From an uncultured Alphaproteobacteria bacterium (GTDB taxonomy: Bacteria; Pseudomonadota; Alphaproteobacteria; Rhizobiales; Xanthobacteraceae), in the NCBI GenBank assembly GCA_963726865.1, contig CAVSEE010000025.1:30081-94080 (forward strand): DNA of 64,000 bases, in the 5' to 3' direction. The position numbers were made by a program, and so were the translations under genes. The notes under the pieces are model-generated. The model did not search any database, was not told the origin of the DNA, and saw nothing but the letters and a program-made list of their open reading frames with translations. Shown piece after piece: positions 35,061 through 44,913 of the stretch. How positions within the stretch are numbered: the first letter of the stretch is position 1; each line of letters opens with the position of its first letter.

Positions 35061-36141
35061 ATGCTGCCCGAAGCCAAACTCGACATCCTGCTTGCCCACC
35101 ACGCCGCGCTCGAAAACGAGCTGCTCGGCCAGGTCGGCTCCGACCGCTATGTGACAGATCACCCGCGAGCTCGCCGACCTCAATCCGCTGATCGACGCCG
35201 TGAAGGCCTATCGCGGCGTGCAGGCGGAGCTGGCCGGCACCGAGGCCCTGCTCGCCGATCCCGCGACCGACGCGGAAATGCGCGCTATGGCGGAAACCGA
35301 GCGCGACGAGTTGCAGGCGAGGCGCGACGACCTCGCGCAAAAGATCCGCCTCGCGCTGCTGCCCAAGGATGCCATGGACGACCACAACGTCGTGCTGGAA
35401 ATCCGCGCCGGCACCGGCGGCGACGAGGCCTCGCTGTTCGCCGGCGACCTGTTCCGCATGTATGAGCGCTTTGCCAATCTGCTGGGCTGGAAGGTCGAGG
35501 TGATCTCGGCCAGCGAAGGCACCGTCGGCGGCTTCAAGGAAATCATCGCCGAGGTGCAGGGCCGCGGCGCGTTCGCCAAACTGAAATTCGAATCCGGCGT
35601 GCACCGCGTGCAGCGCGTGCCCGACACCGAGACGCAGGGCCGCATCCACACGTCGGCGGCGACGGTCGCCGTGCTGCCGGAGGTCGAGGATGTCGACGTC
35701 GACATCAAGAACGACGACCTGCGGATCGAAACCATGCGCGCGCAGGGCGCCGGCGGCCAGCACGTCAACAAGACGGAATCGGCGATCCGCATCACCCACA
35801 TCCCGACCGGCATCGTGGTGATGATGCAGGACAGCCGCTCGCAGCACAAAAACCGGGCGTCGGCCATGAACATCCTGCGCTCGCGCATCTACGACGCCGA
35901 GCGGCAGCGCCAGGACGCGGCGCGCTCGGCCGAGCGCAAGGAAAAGGTCGGCTCCGGCGACCGCAGCGAGCGCATCCGCACCTATAATTTCCCGCAAGGC
36001 CGCGTCACCGACCACCGCATCAACCTGACGCTCTACAAGCTGCCGCAGGTGATCTCGGGCGAAGCGCTGGGCGAACTGGTCGACGCGCTGACCACGGAGC
36101 ACCAGGCCGCGCAGCTGGCGGCGCAGGGTGCGGCGGCGTAA
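35061..36141 (+). CDS. prfA: Peptide chain release factor 1 (frameshift ~35155)
   Basis: [17 protein letters not shown] (PxT), [17 protein letters not shown]. Confidence 0.97.
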
Positions 36142-36144
36142 TCA

Positions 36145-36268
36145 CTGTCGTCCCTGCGAAAGCAGGGACCCATAACCACAGGCGAGGATCGTTGCGCGAA
36201 CAGGTAACTCCGACCACCCATATCGATGGGCCGCGGCGTATGGGTCCCTGCTTTCGCAGGGACGACAG
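36145..36268. repeat. MITE/REP-like element with 30-bp perfect terminal inverted repeats
   Basis: CTGTCGTCCCTGCGAAAGCAGGGACCCATA at 36145-36174 and its reverse complement at 36239-36268. Confidence 0.85.
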
Positions 36269-37132
36269 ATGAATACCATCGAAGCCGCACGGCGCGCGCT
36301 CGCAGCGCGCCTGCAATCTGCCGGCAGCGACTCGGCCGAGCTCGATGCGCGGCTGCTGGTCGGCCACGCGCTCGGCCTCGATCTCACCGGCATGATCTCC
36401 GCAGCAAATCGATTGCTCACGTCAGACGAATCGGCTCGCCTCGAAACGCTCACCCGCCGTCGCCTCGCCGGCGAACCGGTCGCGCGCATTCTCGGGCAAA
36501 AGGAATTCTGGGGACTGCCGCTGGCGCTGTCGCCGGCCACGCTGGTGCCGCGGCCCGACACCGAGACCGTGGTGGAGCTGGCGCTCGAAATGCTGCGCAC
36601 GGGATCGGCGAATCCGCGGCCACGCATCGCCGATCTCGGCACCGGCACCGGCGCAATTCTGCTCGCGCTGTTATCCGAATTGCCTGAGGCGACGGGAATC
36701 GGCACCGACATTTCCGAGGAGGCGCTGGAGACGGCGACGGCCAATGCGCAGCATCTCGGCCTCGCGGCGCGCGCGAGCTTCATCCATTGCGATTATGCTG
36801 CCGCGCTGACCGGCCCTTTTGACCTCATCGTGTCGAATCCGCCCTATGTTCAATCGGGCGATATCGCCAATCTCGCAGTCGAGGTGCGCGACCACGATCC
36901 CCGAACGGCTCTGGATGGCGGTGCGGATGGTCTGGACGCCTACCGCGCCTTGATACCTCAGGCTGCGCGCATATTAGGCCCGAATGCCGCGCTGGTTGTG
37001 GAGGCCGGGCAGGGCCAGGCCGCCCAGATTGAAGCTTTGATGACGGCGGCAGGACTGGCGCCTCACGGGGCTCCCAGGGCCGATCTGGCAGGCATCCCGA
37101 GGGCCGTCGGGGCCCGTAAATTGCCCCGATAA
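36269..37132 (+). CDS. prmC: Release factor glutamine methyltransferase
   Basis: GEPVARILG, LVPRPDTE, DLGTGTG, SNPPY and ALDGGADGL motifs. Confidence 0.95.
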   Translation: MNTIEAARRALAARLQSAGSDSAELDARLLVGHALGLDLTGMISAANRLLTSDESARLETLTRRRLAGEPVARILGQKEFWGLPLALSPATLVPRPDTETVVELALEMLRTGSANPRPRIADLGTGTGAILLALLSELPEATGIGTDISEEALETATANAQHLGLAARASFIHCDYAAALTGPFDLIVSNPPYVQSGDIANLAVEVRDHDPRTALDGGADGLDAYRALIPQAARILGPNAALVVEAGQGQAAQIEALMTAAGLAPHGAPRADLAGIPRAVGARKLPR

Positions 37133-37579
37133 AGTCCTATTGGAACGCAAAAAAACCTCTTGGAATCACCCCCGGGAACGACTACGTTCCGGCCACAACA
37201 TCGGTCCAGGGTTGCTGGCTGGCCCCGCAGGTAGAGCGGGAGGAGACCAGAGGCACTTTAGCCCCGCCGATTAACGGTTCCAAAACGCAAAGGTCTTTAG
37301 AGCGCAATGGCTGAAGCTGTGCAGCGCTCGACCGCAAAGCGAACGAAAGCCTGATATTGCGCTTGAAGACTTACGCAACAGAGCTTGGCTTGTTTCGGCA
37401 AGGTGAATGATTGGTCGCCGGCGATGAGCGCTGGCGGTTGGGGAACGCGTCTTTGTTGAACGCGAATGTTGACGAAATCGGCAGCGTATTCGGCGGCACC
37501 GTGATTCGGTGCTCGTGAACGCGTGCCGCGCTGCAAGTGAATGCACACTAACTTCTTAGGGCTGGAATAAAGGCGACAC

Positions 37580-38368
37580 ATGAGAAACGGTCAAAACAAC
37601 AAGCGGATGCGTAACCGGAATAACAACAATAATAATAATAGTAACAACAACCGGCGCGGCCAGAACCCGATGACCCGGGTCTACGAATCCAACGGACCCG
37701 ACATCAAGATCCGCGGCACCGCCTCCCACGTCGCCGAAAAATACGTCCAGCTCGCCCGCGACGCGCGCTCGTCCGGCGATCCCGTCGCCGCCGAGAACTA
37801 CTACCAGCACGCCGAACATTATTTCCGCCTGATCGCCGCTGCCCAGGAGCAGTTCCGGCAGAACCAGCCGCAGCATCTGCAGCAGTCGCGTCCCGACAAC
37901 GAAATGTCGACGGACGAGGGCGAGGATGAGGGCGACGGCTTCTCGCCGTTCGGCCAGGAGCCCGGCTTCGTGCCGCAACAGCAGCAGCCGCAGCAGCCCT
38001 ATATGCGCGACAACAACCAGCGCGAACAACAGCCCTATGTGCGCGACCAGCAGCCGCGCGAACATCGCGGCGACCGTGAGCACCGCGGCGATCGCGATCA
38101 GCAACGCGAGCACCGCCCGCAGCCGCAATTTCAGCCGCAGCCGCCGCAACCGCAGCCGGTGGTCGCCGACAGCGTCGATCGCCTGCCCTCCTTCATCACC
38201 GGCCCGCAGCCGCAGATCAATGGCGGCGAGCGCAACTTCGAAGGCGGCGGTGGCGGCGAACGCTTCCCGCGCCGGCGACGCCGGCCGCATGGCGGCCCGC
38301 GTCCCGACAACATGGCCGGTGCCGCGCCGGCCGGCTCGGGTGACGACTTCAATCCGGGGAATGAGTAA
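37580..38368 (+). CDS. DUF4167 domain protein with low-complexity regions
   Basis: YESNGPDIKIRGTA, EKY.QLARDA, ENYYQHAEHY; N-run and Q/P/R-rich tail. Confidence 0.85.
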   Translation: MRNGQNNKRMRNRNNNNNNNSNNNRRGQNPMTRVYESNGPDIKIRGTASHVAEKYVQLARDARSSGDPVAAENYYQHAEHYFRLIAAAQEQFRQNQPQHLQQSRPDNEMSTDEGEDEGDGFSPFGQEPGFVPQQQQPQQPYMRDNNQREQQPYVRDQQPREHRGDREHRGDRDQQREHRPQPQFQPQPPQPQPVVADSVDRLPSFITGPQPQINGGERNFEGGGGGERFPRRRRRPHGGPRPDNMAGAAPAGSGDDFNPGNE

Positions 38369-38401
38369 GTAGCGCGAGCTTCATCGCGTCTCGGCAAGAA
38401 T

Positions 38402-38502
38402 TGTAGGGTGGGCAAAGCGCAAGCGTGCCCACCTTTTTTATTGTTCACGATATCTGCGGGTGAATGATGGGCACGGCGCATGCGCGCCTTTGCCCACCCT
38501 AC
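38402..38502. repeat. GTAG-type REP doublet
   Basis: TGTAGGGTGGGCAAAG...CTTTGCCCACCCTACA inverted pair. Confidence 0.82.
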
Positions 38503-39243
38503 AGCTCTCGTTCTTCCCCGCGCGCTTGGCGCGGGCACCAGCACCGGCTGCAGCGATGGAATTAGCCGCACGCGCTCGCGATGGGCGGGCAGCGCGCGAT
38601 AAACCTGCTTGGTCGCTTCCACGATATGCACGCCGGCCAGCGGCATCGACAGCACCTCGCCCGCGCGCTCCCAGGCCATCGCCGAACGCAGGAACCAGCC
38701 GTTGGCGACCGGCGGCATGAACAGCGCCTCGCCCCAGTTCGCCGGCGTGAACCAGGTCTGGCGCAGCAGCTGCGTGATCTGCGCGCGCGAATAGGGCCGG
38801 CCGTGGCCGAACGGCGTGTTGTCGGTGCGCGTCCACACGCCGCGGCGATTGGGGATCACCGCGATCATGCGGCCCGAGGGCGCCAGCACCCGCCACACCT
38901 CGCGCAGCAGGTTTTCCGGGTCGTCGCACATCTCCAGCGCATGCACGAGCAGGACGCGGTCGAACAAGGAATCCGGCAGCGGCAGCGAGAATTCGTCGAC
39001 CAGCGCGGCGAGCGCGGGCCGCCCGGTCGGCCATTTCAGCACGCCCTGCGCGGCCGGCATGAAGGCGATGCAGCGCTCGCTGTTGTCGCGGAATAGCCCA
39101 AGATACGGCGTCGGATAGCCGAGCCCGAGCACGCGCTGGCCCTCGGCGTCCGGCCAGCAGGCCTGGATGCCGCGGTTGATCAGCCGCCGCGCCACGATGC
39201 CGAGGCGCTGCGAATAGAAATCGCGGAGGTCGATCACATCCAT
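38499..39243 (-). CDS. Class I SAM-dependent methyltransferase (3' end uncertain; probable frameshift ~38520)
   Basis: DLRDFY, LGLGYPTPYL, LLVHALE, EVWRVLAPSG, PFGHGRPYS; divergent from gloB. Confidence 0.85.
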
Positions 39244-39355
39244 GGGGTCAATCTAACACGCAGATGTTCCCTGCGGCGCGCCCAAAATGGCATTGCCGCA
39301 GCAGCGTTAACGCCATATCTCTTGGGCGGCCCGGACAGGAATTGGTGGAGAAATC

Positions 39356-40124
39356 ATGGCTGCGGAAATTCGCGTGTTCAACTGCCTGTCCGACAATTTC
39401 GGCTATCTGATCCACGATACCGAAACCCGGGCGACCGCCTCGATCGACGCCCCCGAAGCCGGCCGCGATCCTGAAAGCGCTGGCGCAGGAGAACTGGGCG
39501 CTGACCGACATCCTGGTCACCCACCATCACCACGACCATGTCGGCGGCGTCGCGGAATTGAAGAAGAAATACAAGTGCCGCGTGGTCGCCCCGCATGACA
39601 AGAAGGCGGCGATATCAGATGTCGATCTGCGCGTCGGCAATGGCGACGTGGTGAAGGTCGGCAATCTGCTCGTGCGCGTGCTGGAAACGCCCGGCCATAC
39701 GCTCGACCATGTCTCCTATGTCTTCGACAAGGAGAAGGCGCTGTTTGCCGCCGACACGCTGTTCTCGATCGGCTGCGGCCGCGTGTTCGAGGGCACGCAT
39801 CCGATGATGTGGGATTCGCTGCTGAAACTGCGCGCCCTGCCCGATGATTTCTCGCTTTATTGCGGCCATGAATACACTGCCTCCAACGTCAAGTTTGCAC
39901 TGACGGTGGATGGCAACAATCCGGCGCTGAAGGCGCGCGCGGAGGAAGTGGCTCAGCTGCGCGCGCAGAACAAGGCGACCATTCCGGTCAAGCTCGGCGA
40001 GGAGAAGAAGTCGAACGTGTTCCTGCGCGCCGACGATCCCGCCGTCGCCGCAGCGTTGCACATGAAGGGCGCGGATGCCGCCGACGTGTTCGGCGAACTG
40101 CGCGAACGCAAGAACAAGTCCTGA
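39356..40124 (+). CDS. gloB: Hydroxyacylglutathione hydrolase (frameshift ~39465)
   Basis: [37 protein letters not shown]. Confidence 0.93.
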
Positions 40125-40143
40125 CCATGCCAAAGTGCTGACA

Positions 40144-40572
40144 ATGCAAAGCGCCGCCGACATCATTGCGCGGCTTGAGCTCAAGCCGCATCCCGAGGGC
40201 GGATATTACCGCGAGACGTTCCGTGACGTGCGCACGGATGCGCAGGGCCGCGCCCACTTGACCGCGATCTACTACCTGCTGGCGCGCGGCGATCGCTCGC
40301 AATGGCATCGCATCGATGCGGTGGAAGTCTGGCATTATTACTCTGGCGCCGCGCTGACGCTGAAGATCGCCAATGACGGCTGTGCGCCGCACATCGTCAC
40401 GCTCGGTCCCGATGTCGCCGCCGGCGAACGGCCGCAGGCGATCGTGCCGGCCGGCGCCTGGCAGGCCGCGGAGAGCACCGGCGACTGGACGCTGGTCGGC
40501 TGCACCGTGGCGCCGGGGTTCGAATTCGCGGGCTTCGAGATGGCGAAAGCCGATTGGCTTCCGACAAGCTGA
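40144..40572 (+). CDS. Cupin superfamily protein (DUF985)
   Basis: LKPHPEGGYYRE, TAIYYLL, WHRI and GCTVAPGFEF motifs. Confidence 0.9.
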   Translation: MQSAADIIARLELKPHPEGGYYRETFRDVRTDAQGRAHLTAIYYLLARGDRSQWHRIDAVEVWHYYSGAALTLKIANDGCAPHIVTLGPDVAAGERPQAIVPAGAWQAAESTGDWTLVGCTVAPGFEFAGFEMAKADWLPTS

Positions 40573-40582
40573 AGCTTCGCAA

Positions 40583-41452
40583 TCAGCGCCGCCGGAACAT
40601 ATCCTTCGCTGCAATGAGCCCGCCGCCGGCGATCAGGATCGCGGCAACGGCAATGGTCGCGGTCGGCTGCGCATAGCCCGCGAGGATCAGGAACGCGGTC
40701 GACAGCAATGGCGTGGCGTAGGAGGCGGCACCGAGCACGCGGATGTCGCCGCGCTTCATGCCGATGTCCCAGGCGAAGAAGGCCGCGCCGACGGGGCCAA
40801 CGCCAAGCGCGATGATGGCAAGCCACTGCCCCGATGTTTCCGGCCACACCGTTTTCTCGACGAGGACGTGAACGAGCGCGGCGAGGATAGCCGTGGCGAG
40901 GCAGAAGCCCGCGACCGCATCGGTTGGCACTGCCTTCAAGCGGCGGGACATCACGGAATAGGACGCCCAGACAAAGGCGGCGACGAACGCAGCAGCAAGG
41001 CCGGGCAACTGGCCGGCCTCAAAACCGCTGCCGCCGCCACCCATCAGCAGCAGCACGGTGCCGGCCAGCCCCAGCAGCGCGCCGATGATGTGATGCGACA
41101 GCAGGCGCTCGCCGGGCAGCAGCGACGAGAACAGCACGATCAGCAGCGGCCACAGATAGTTCAGCAGGCCAGCCTCGGCCGGCGGCGCGAAGCGCAGCGC
41201 CAGGAAATAGAGCGCGTGGTAGCCGAACAGGCCGCCGACGCCGACGAGCCAGGCGACAACGGGCTGCTTCAGCGCGACGAAAGCGGAGGGACGAAACAGG
41301 AAGCTTGCGAACGCAACCAGCGCGCCGATCGCAAAGGTCATGACGGCGAGCTGGAAGGCCGGAATCTTTCCGGTCGCAACGGTGAGGACGGCGAGCAGCG
41401 ACCACATCAGGATCGCGGTCAGTCCGATGAGTGTGGCAGTGCGGGGGGACAT
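40583..41452 (-). CDS. EamA/DMT transporter (YddG-like)
   Basis: ATLIGLTAILMWS, LLNYLWP, AWDIGMKRGD; about 10 TM segments. Confidence 0.88.
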   Translation of the reverse strand: MSPRTATLIGLTAILMWSLLAVLTVATGKIPAFQLAVMTFAIGALVAFASFLFRPSAFVALKQPVVAWLVGVGGLFGYHALYFLALRFAPPAEAGLLNYLWPLLIVLFSSLLPGERLLSHHIIGALLGLAGTVLLLMGGGGSGFEAGQLPGLAAAFVAAFVWASYSVMSRRLKAVPTDAVAGFCLATAILAALVHVLVEKTVWPETSGQWLAIIALGVGPVGAAFFAWDIGMKRGDIRVLGAASYATPLLSTAFLILAGYAQPTATIAVAAILIAGGGLIAAKDMFRRR

Positions 41453-41460
41453 TGAGATTC

Positions 41461-41556
41461 TCGTCATGCCCGGCCCTGTGCCGGGCATCCACGTCTTACT
41501 TGCCTATCGAGCTTCTACAAAGACGTGGATGGCCGGGACAAGCCCGGCCATGACGA
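41461..41556. repeat. CGTC-type REP doublet
   Basis: CGTCATGCCCGG...GGCATCCACGTCTT and AAGACGTGGATGGCCGGG...CCGGCCATGACG. Confidence 0.82.
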
Positions 41557-41595
41557 CTTACTTGGATGAATTTGCGCAACGACGGAGTGAAATCG

Positions 41596-42321
41596 TCACA
41601 CCATGTACTGCCCGCCATTGATGGTGAGTGTGGAGCCGGTGATGGCGCCGGCCTCGTCGGCGGCGAGGAACACGACCGCGCGCGCGATTTCCTCGGGCTC
41701 GCCGAGACGATTGACCGGGATCTGCGGCAGGATGGACTTTTCCAGCACCTCTTTCGGCACCGCCTGCACCATCTCGGTGTTGATGTAGCCGGGGCAGATC
41801 GCATTCACGGTGATGCCGCCCTTGGCGTTCTCCAGCGCCAGCGCCTTGGTGAAGCCGATGTCGCCGGCCTTGGCGGCGGAATAGTTGACCTGGCCGAACT
41901 GGCCCTTCTGGCCGTTGATCGAGGAGATGTTGATGACGCGGCCGAATTTTCGCGCGCGCATGCCCTCGATGATCGGGCGCGTCATGTTGAACAGCGAGCC
42001 GAGATTGGTGTTGATGACCGCGTTCCACTGTTCCAGCGTCATCTTGTGGAAGGCGCCGTCCTTGGTGATGCCGGCGTTGTTGACGAGCACGTCGACCGGG
42101 CCGATGTCGGCCTCGACCTTCTTGATCCCCGCGGTGCAGGCGTCGAACGAGGAGACGTCCCACTTGTAGACGGGAATGCCGGTCTCGCCTTTGAACTTTT
42201 CCGCCGCGGCGTCGTTGCCGGCGTAGCTTGCCGCAACCTTGTAGCCGGCGGCTTTCAGCGCCTTGCTGATTGCGGCGCCAATGCCGCGCGTTCCTCCGGT
42301 GACCAATGCAACACGTGCCAT
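41596..42321 (-). CDS. phaB: Acetoacetyl-CoA reductase
   Basis: VTGGTRGIG, NNAGIT, SSINGQKGQFGQVNYSAAK; GGAG RBS. Confidence 0.95.
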   Translation of the reverse strand: MARVALVTGGTRGIGAAISKALKAAGYKVAASYAGNDAAAEKFKGETGIPVYKWDVSSFDACTAGIKKVEADIGPVDVLVNNAGITKDGAFHKMTLEQWNAVINTNLGSLFNMTRPIIEGMRARKFGRVINISSINGQKGQFGQVNYSAAKAGDIGFTKALALENAKGGITVNAICPGYINTEMVQAVPKEVLEKSILPQIPVNRLGEPEEIARAVVFLAADEAGAITGSTLTINGGQYMV

Positions 42322-42413
42322 GTCGTCTCCTCCTTGGTAGTCTTTTAATAGACCGGAATTTTTCCGGTCTTTTGACAACGCTCAAGCGGACAATTCAAAC
42401 AAGCGCTTGAGAC

Positions 42414-42441
42414 AAAAATGCCCGGCGCGAGGCCGGGCATT
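42414..42441 (-). terminator. Rho-independent terminator between phaA and phaB
   Basis: AATGCCCGG-loop-CCGGGCATT followed by a T-run on the minus strand. Confidence 0.6.
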
Positions 42442-42515
42442 CATTGTTAGCAGCTTGAACCGCGTTTGACAGATGATGTTTTCATCACGCAACGCACAAC
42501 GCTGATCTCTTTCTC

Positions 42516-42568
42516 TTGACGCGTTTCCTTCACGCGAACCGGTACCCACTTCGCTTGGAAACGCTATG
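42516..42568. repeat. Short rhizobial-type intergenic repeat
   Basis: GACGCGTTTCCTTCACGCGAACCGGTACCCACTTCGCTTGGAAACGCTATG, recognised from memory as a dispersed Bradyrhizobium-type motif; single copy in this window. Confidence 0.45.
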
Positions 42569-42570
42569 CC

Positions 42571-43750
<1,180 letters not shown>

Positions 43751-43874
43751 GGACATCTCCTGTATGGGTTTTCTTGGGTTGGTTTTCTTGACGGCGGGCG
43801 GGCCGGGACGGCGGGCCAGTCTTATTTCCTATCCTGTTAACGCCATTGATGCATGTCAATCGCTCCTGCAGCGA

Positions 43875-44012
43875 AAAGCTGCCGCGGCGCATTCAAAATA
43901 GTCGCCCCGGCAGTTTCCTGAGCAGTGCCGATGCCTTGGGGTTAACCGTGCCGCACAAAACGGTAGCCGAAGCCCGTTGAAAATGCTTACCTTTGCTGCG
44001 ATGCGTTGCATT
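43875..44012. promoter_or_regulatory. Candidate PhaR operator region in the phaA/phaR divergent promoter
   Basis: Several TGC-n-GCA-like motifs, e.g. TGCGTTGCA at 44002-44010 and GTGCCGCAC at 43948-43956. Confidence 0.4.
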
Positions 44013-44069
44013 TAGCCCTGCGGCGATGCCGTCGGGTTCCCCGCTTTCGCTTTCTCGTGTGGACCCCTC

Positions 44070-44669
44070 ATGGCAAAATCCGAAACACCCACCACCATCA
44101 AGAAGTACGCTAACCGGCGGCTCTATAATACCGGTACGAGCACCTATGTGACGCTCGAGGACCTCGCGTCGATGGTGAAGGAGGGCGAGGATTTTCTCGT
44201 CTACGACGCCAAGACCGGCGAAGACATCACCCGCTCGGTGCTGGCGCAGATCATCTTCGAGCAGGAGAACAAGGCGGGGCAGAACTTGCTGCCCACCACG
44301 TTCCTGCGGCAACTGATCCGCTTCTACGGCGACAGCATGCAGATGGTGGTGCCGAAATATCTCGAACAATCGATCGACACGCTGACGCGCGAACAGGAGA
44401 AATTCCGCAAGCAGCTCACCAACACGTTCAGCGGCACGCCGTTTGCCCCGCTGGAAGAGCACGTCCGCCGCAACATGGAGCTGTTCCAGCAGACCTTCTC
44501 GATGTTCAAGCCGTTCGTGCCGCGCGCGCCAGGGAGCGAGCCGGACAAGGTGCCGGAGCCCGCGGCCGACGATAACGGCAACATCGACGATCTGCGCAAG
44601 CAGATGAAGGAGATGCAGGAGCGGCTCGAGCGCATGTCGAAGGAGCCTGCGAAGAAGGAGGAGGAGTAG
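44070..44669 (+). CDS. phaR: Polyhydroxyalkanoate synthesis repressor
   Basis: IKKYANRRLYNT.TS.YVTL, DAKTGEDITRSVL.QII and LRQLIRFYG motifs. Confidence 0.96.
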   Translation: MAKSETPTTIKKYANRRLYNTGTSTYVTLEDLASMVKEGEDFLVYDAKTGEDITRSVLAQIIFEQENKAGQNLLPTTFLRQLIRFYGDSMQMVVPKYLEQSIDTLTREQEKFRKQLTNTFSGTPFAPLEEHVRRNMELFQQTFSMFKPFVPRAPGSEPDKVPEPAADDNGNIDDLRKQMKEMQERLERMSKEPAKKEEE

Positions 44670-44694
44670 TTCTCTTCGCACTCCTGTTTAGTTT

Positions 44695-44908
44695 TCGTCA
44701 TGGCCGGGCATAGCCGTTCGAAGAACGGCGTCGCTTCGCTCCGCCTATGTCCCGGCCATCCACGTTTTTGAGCTACAGCGAGTTGCTGCGTTCCCCGGAC
44801 GCTGCGCAGCACGAAGTGATGCGCTGCAGATCCGGGGTCCATCTACGAGAGAGTATGGGTCCCGGCTCTGCGGCGCAGCGTTGCACGCTGCACCGCGTCC
44901 GGGACACG
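44695..44908. repeat. Cluster of REP-like palindromic elements
   Basis: CGTCATGGCCGGG...CCCGGCCATCCACG at 44696-44764, and CCCGGACGCTGCGCAGC...GCACCGCGTCCGGGACACG at 44788-44908. Confidence 0.7.
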
Positions 44909-44913
44909 GACAG

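Noticed and set aside
35061-36141. Programmed frameshift in the release factor, as in prfB
   Set aside because: The gene is RF1 (PxT motif), has no CTTTGA slippery site, and the lesion matches the window-wide +1 errors.
37200-37270. Possible tRNA
   Set aside because: No convincing cloverleaf, T-loop GTTCRA or CCA end.
38131-38498. C-terminal extension of the methyltransferase ORF through the REP into DUF4167
   Set aside because: Likely read-through caused by a +1 error near 38520; the extension is translated REP and antisense sequence.
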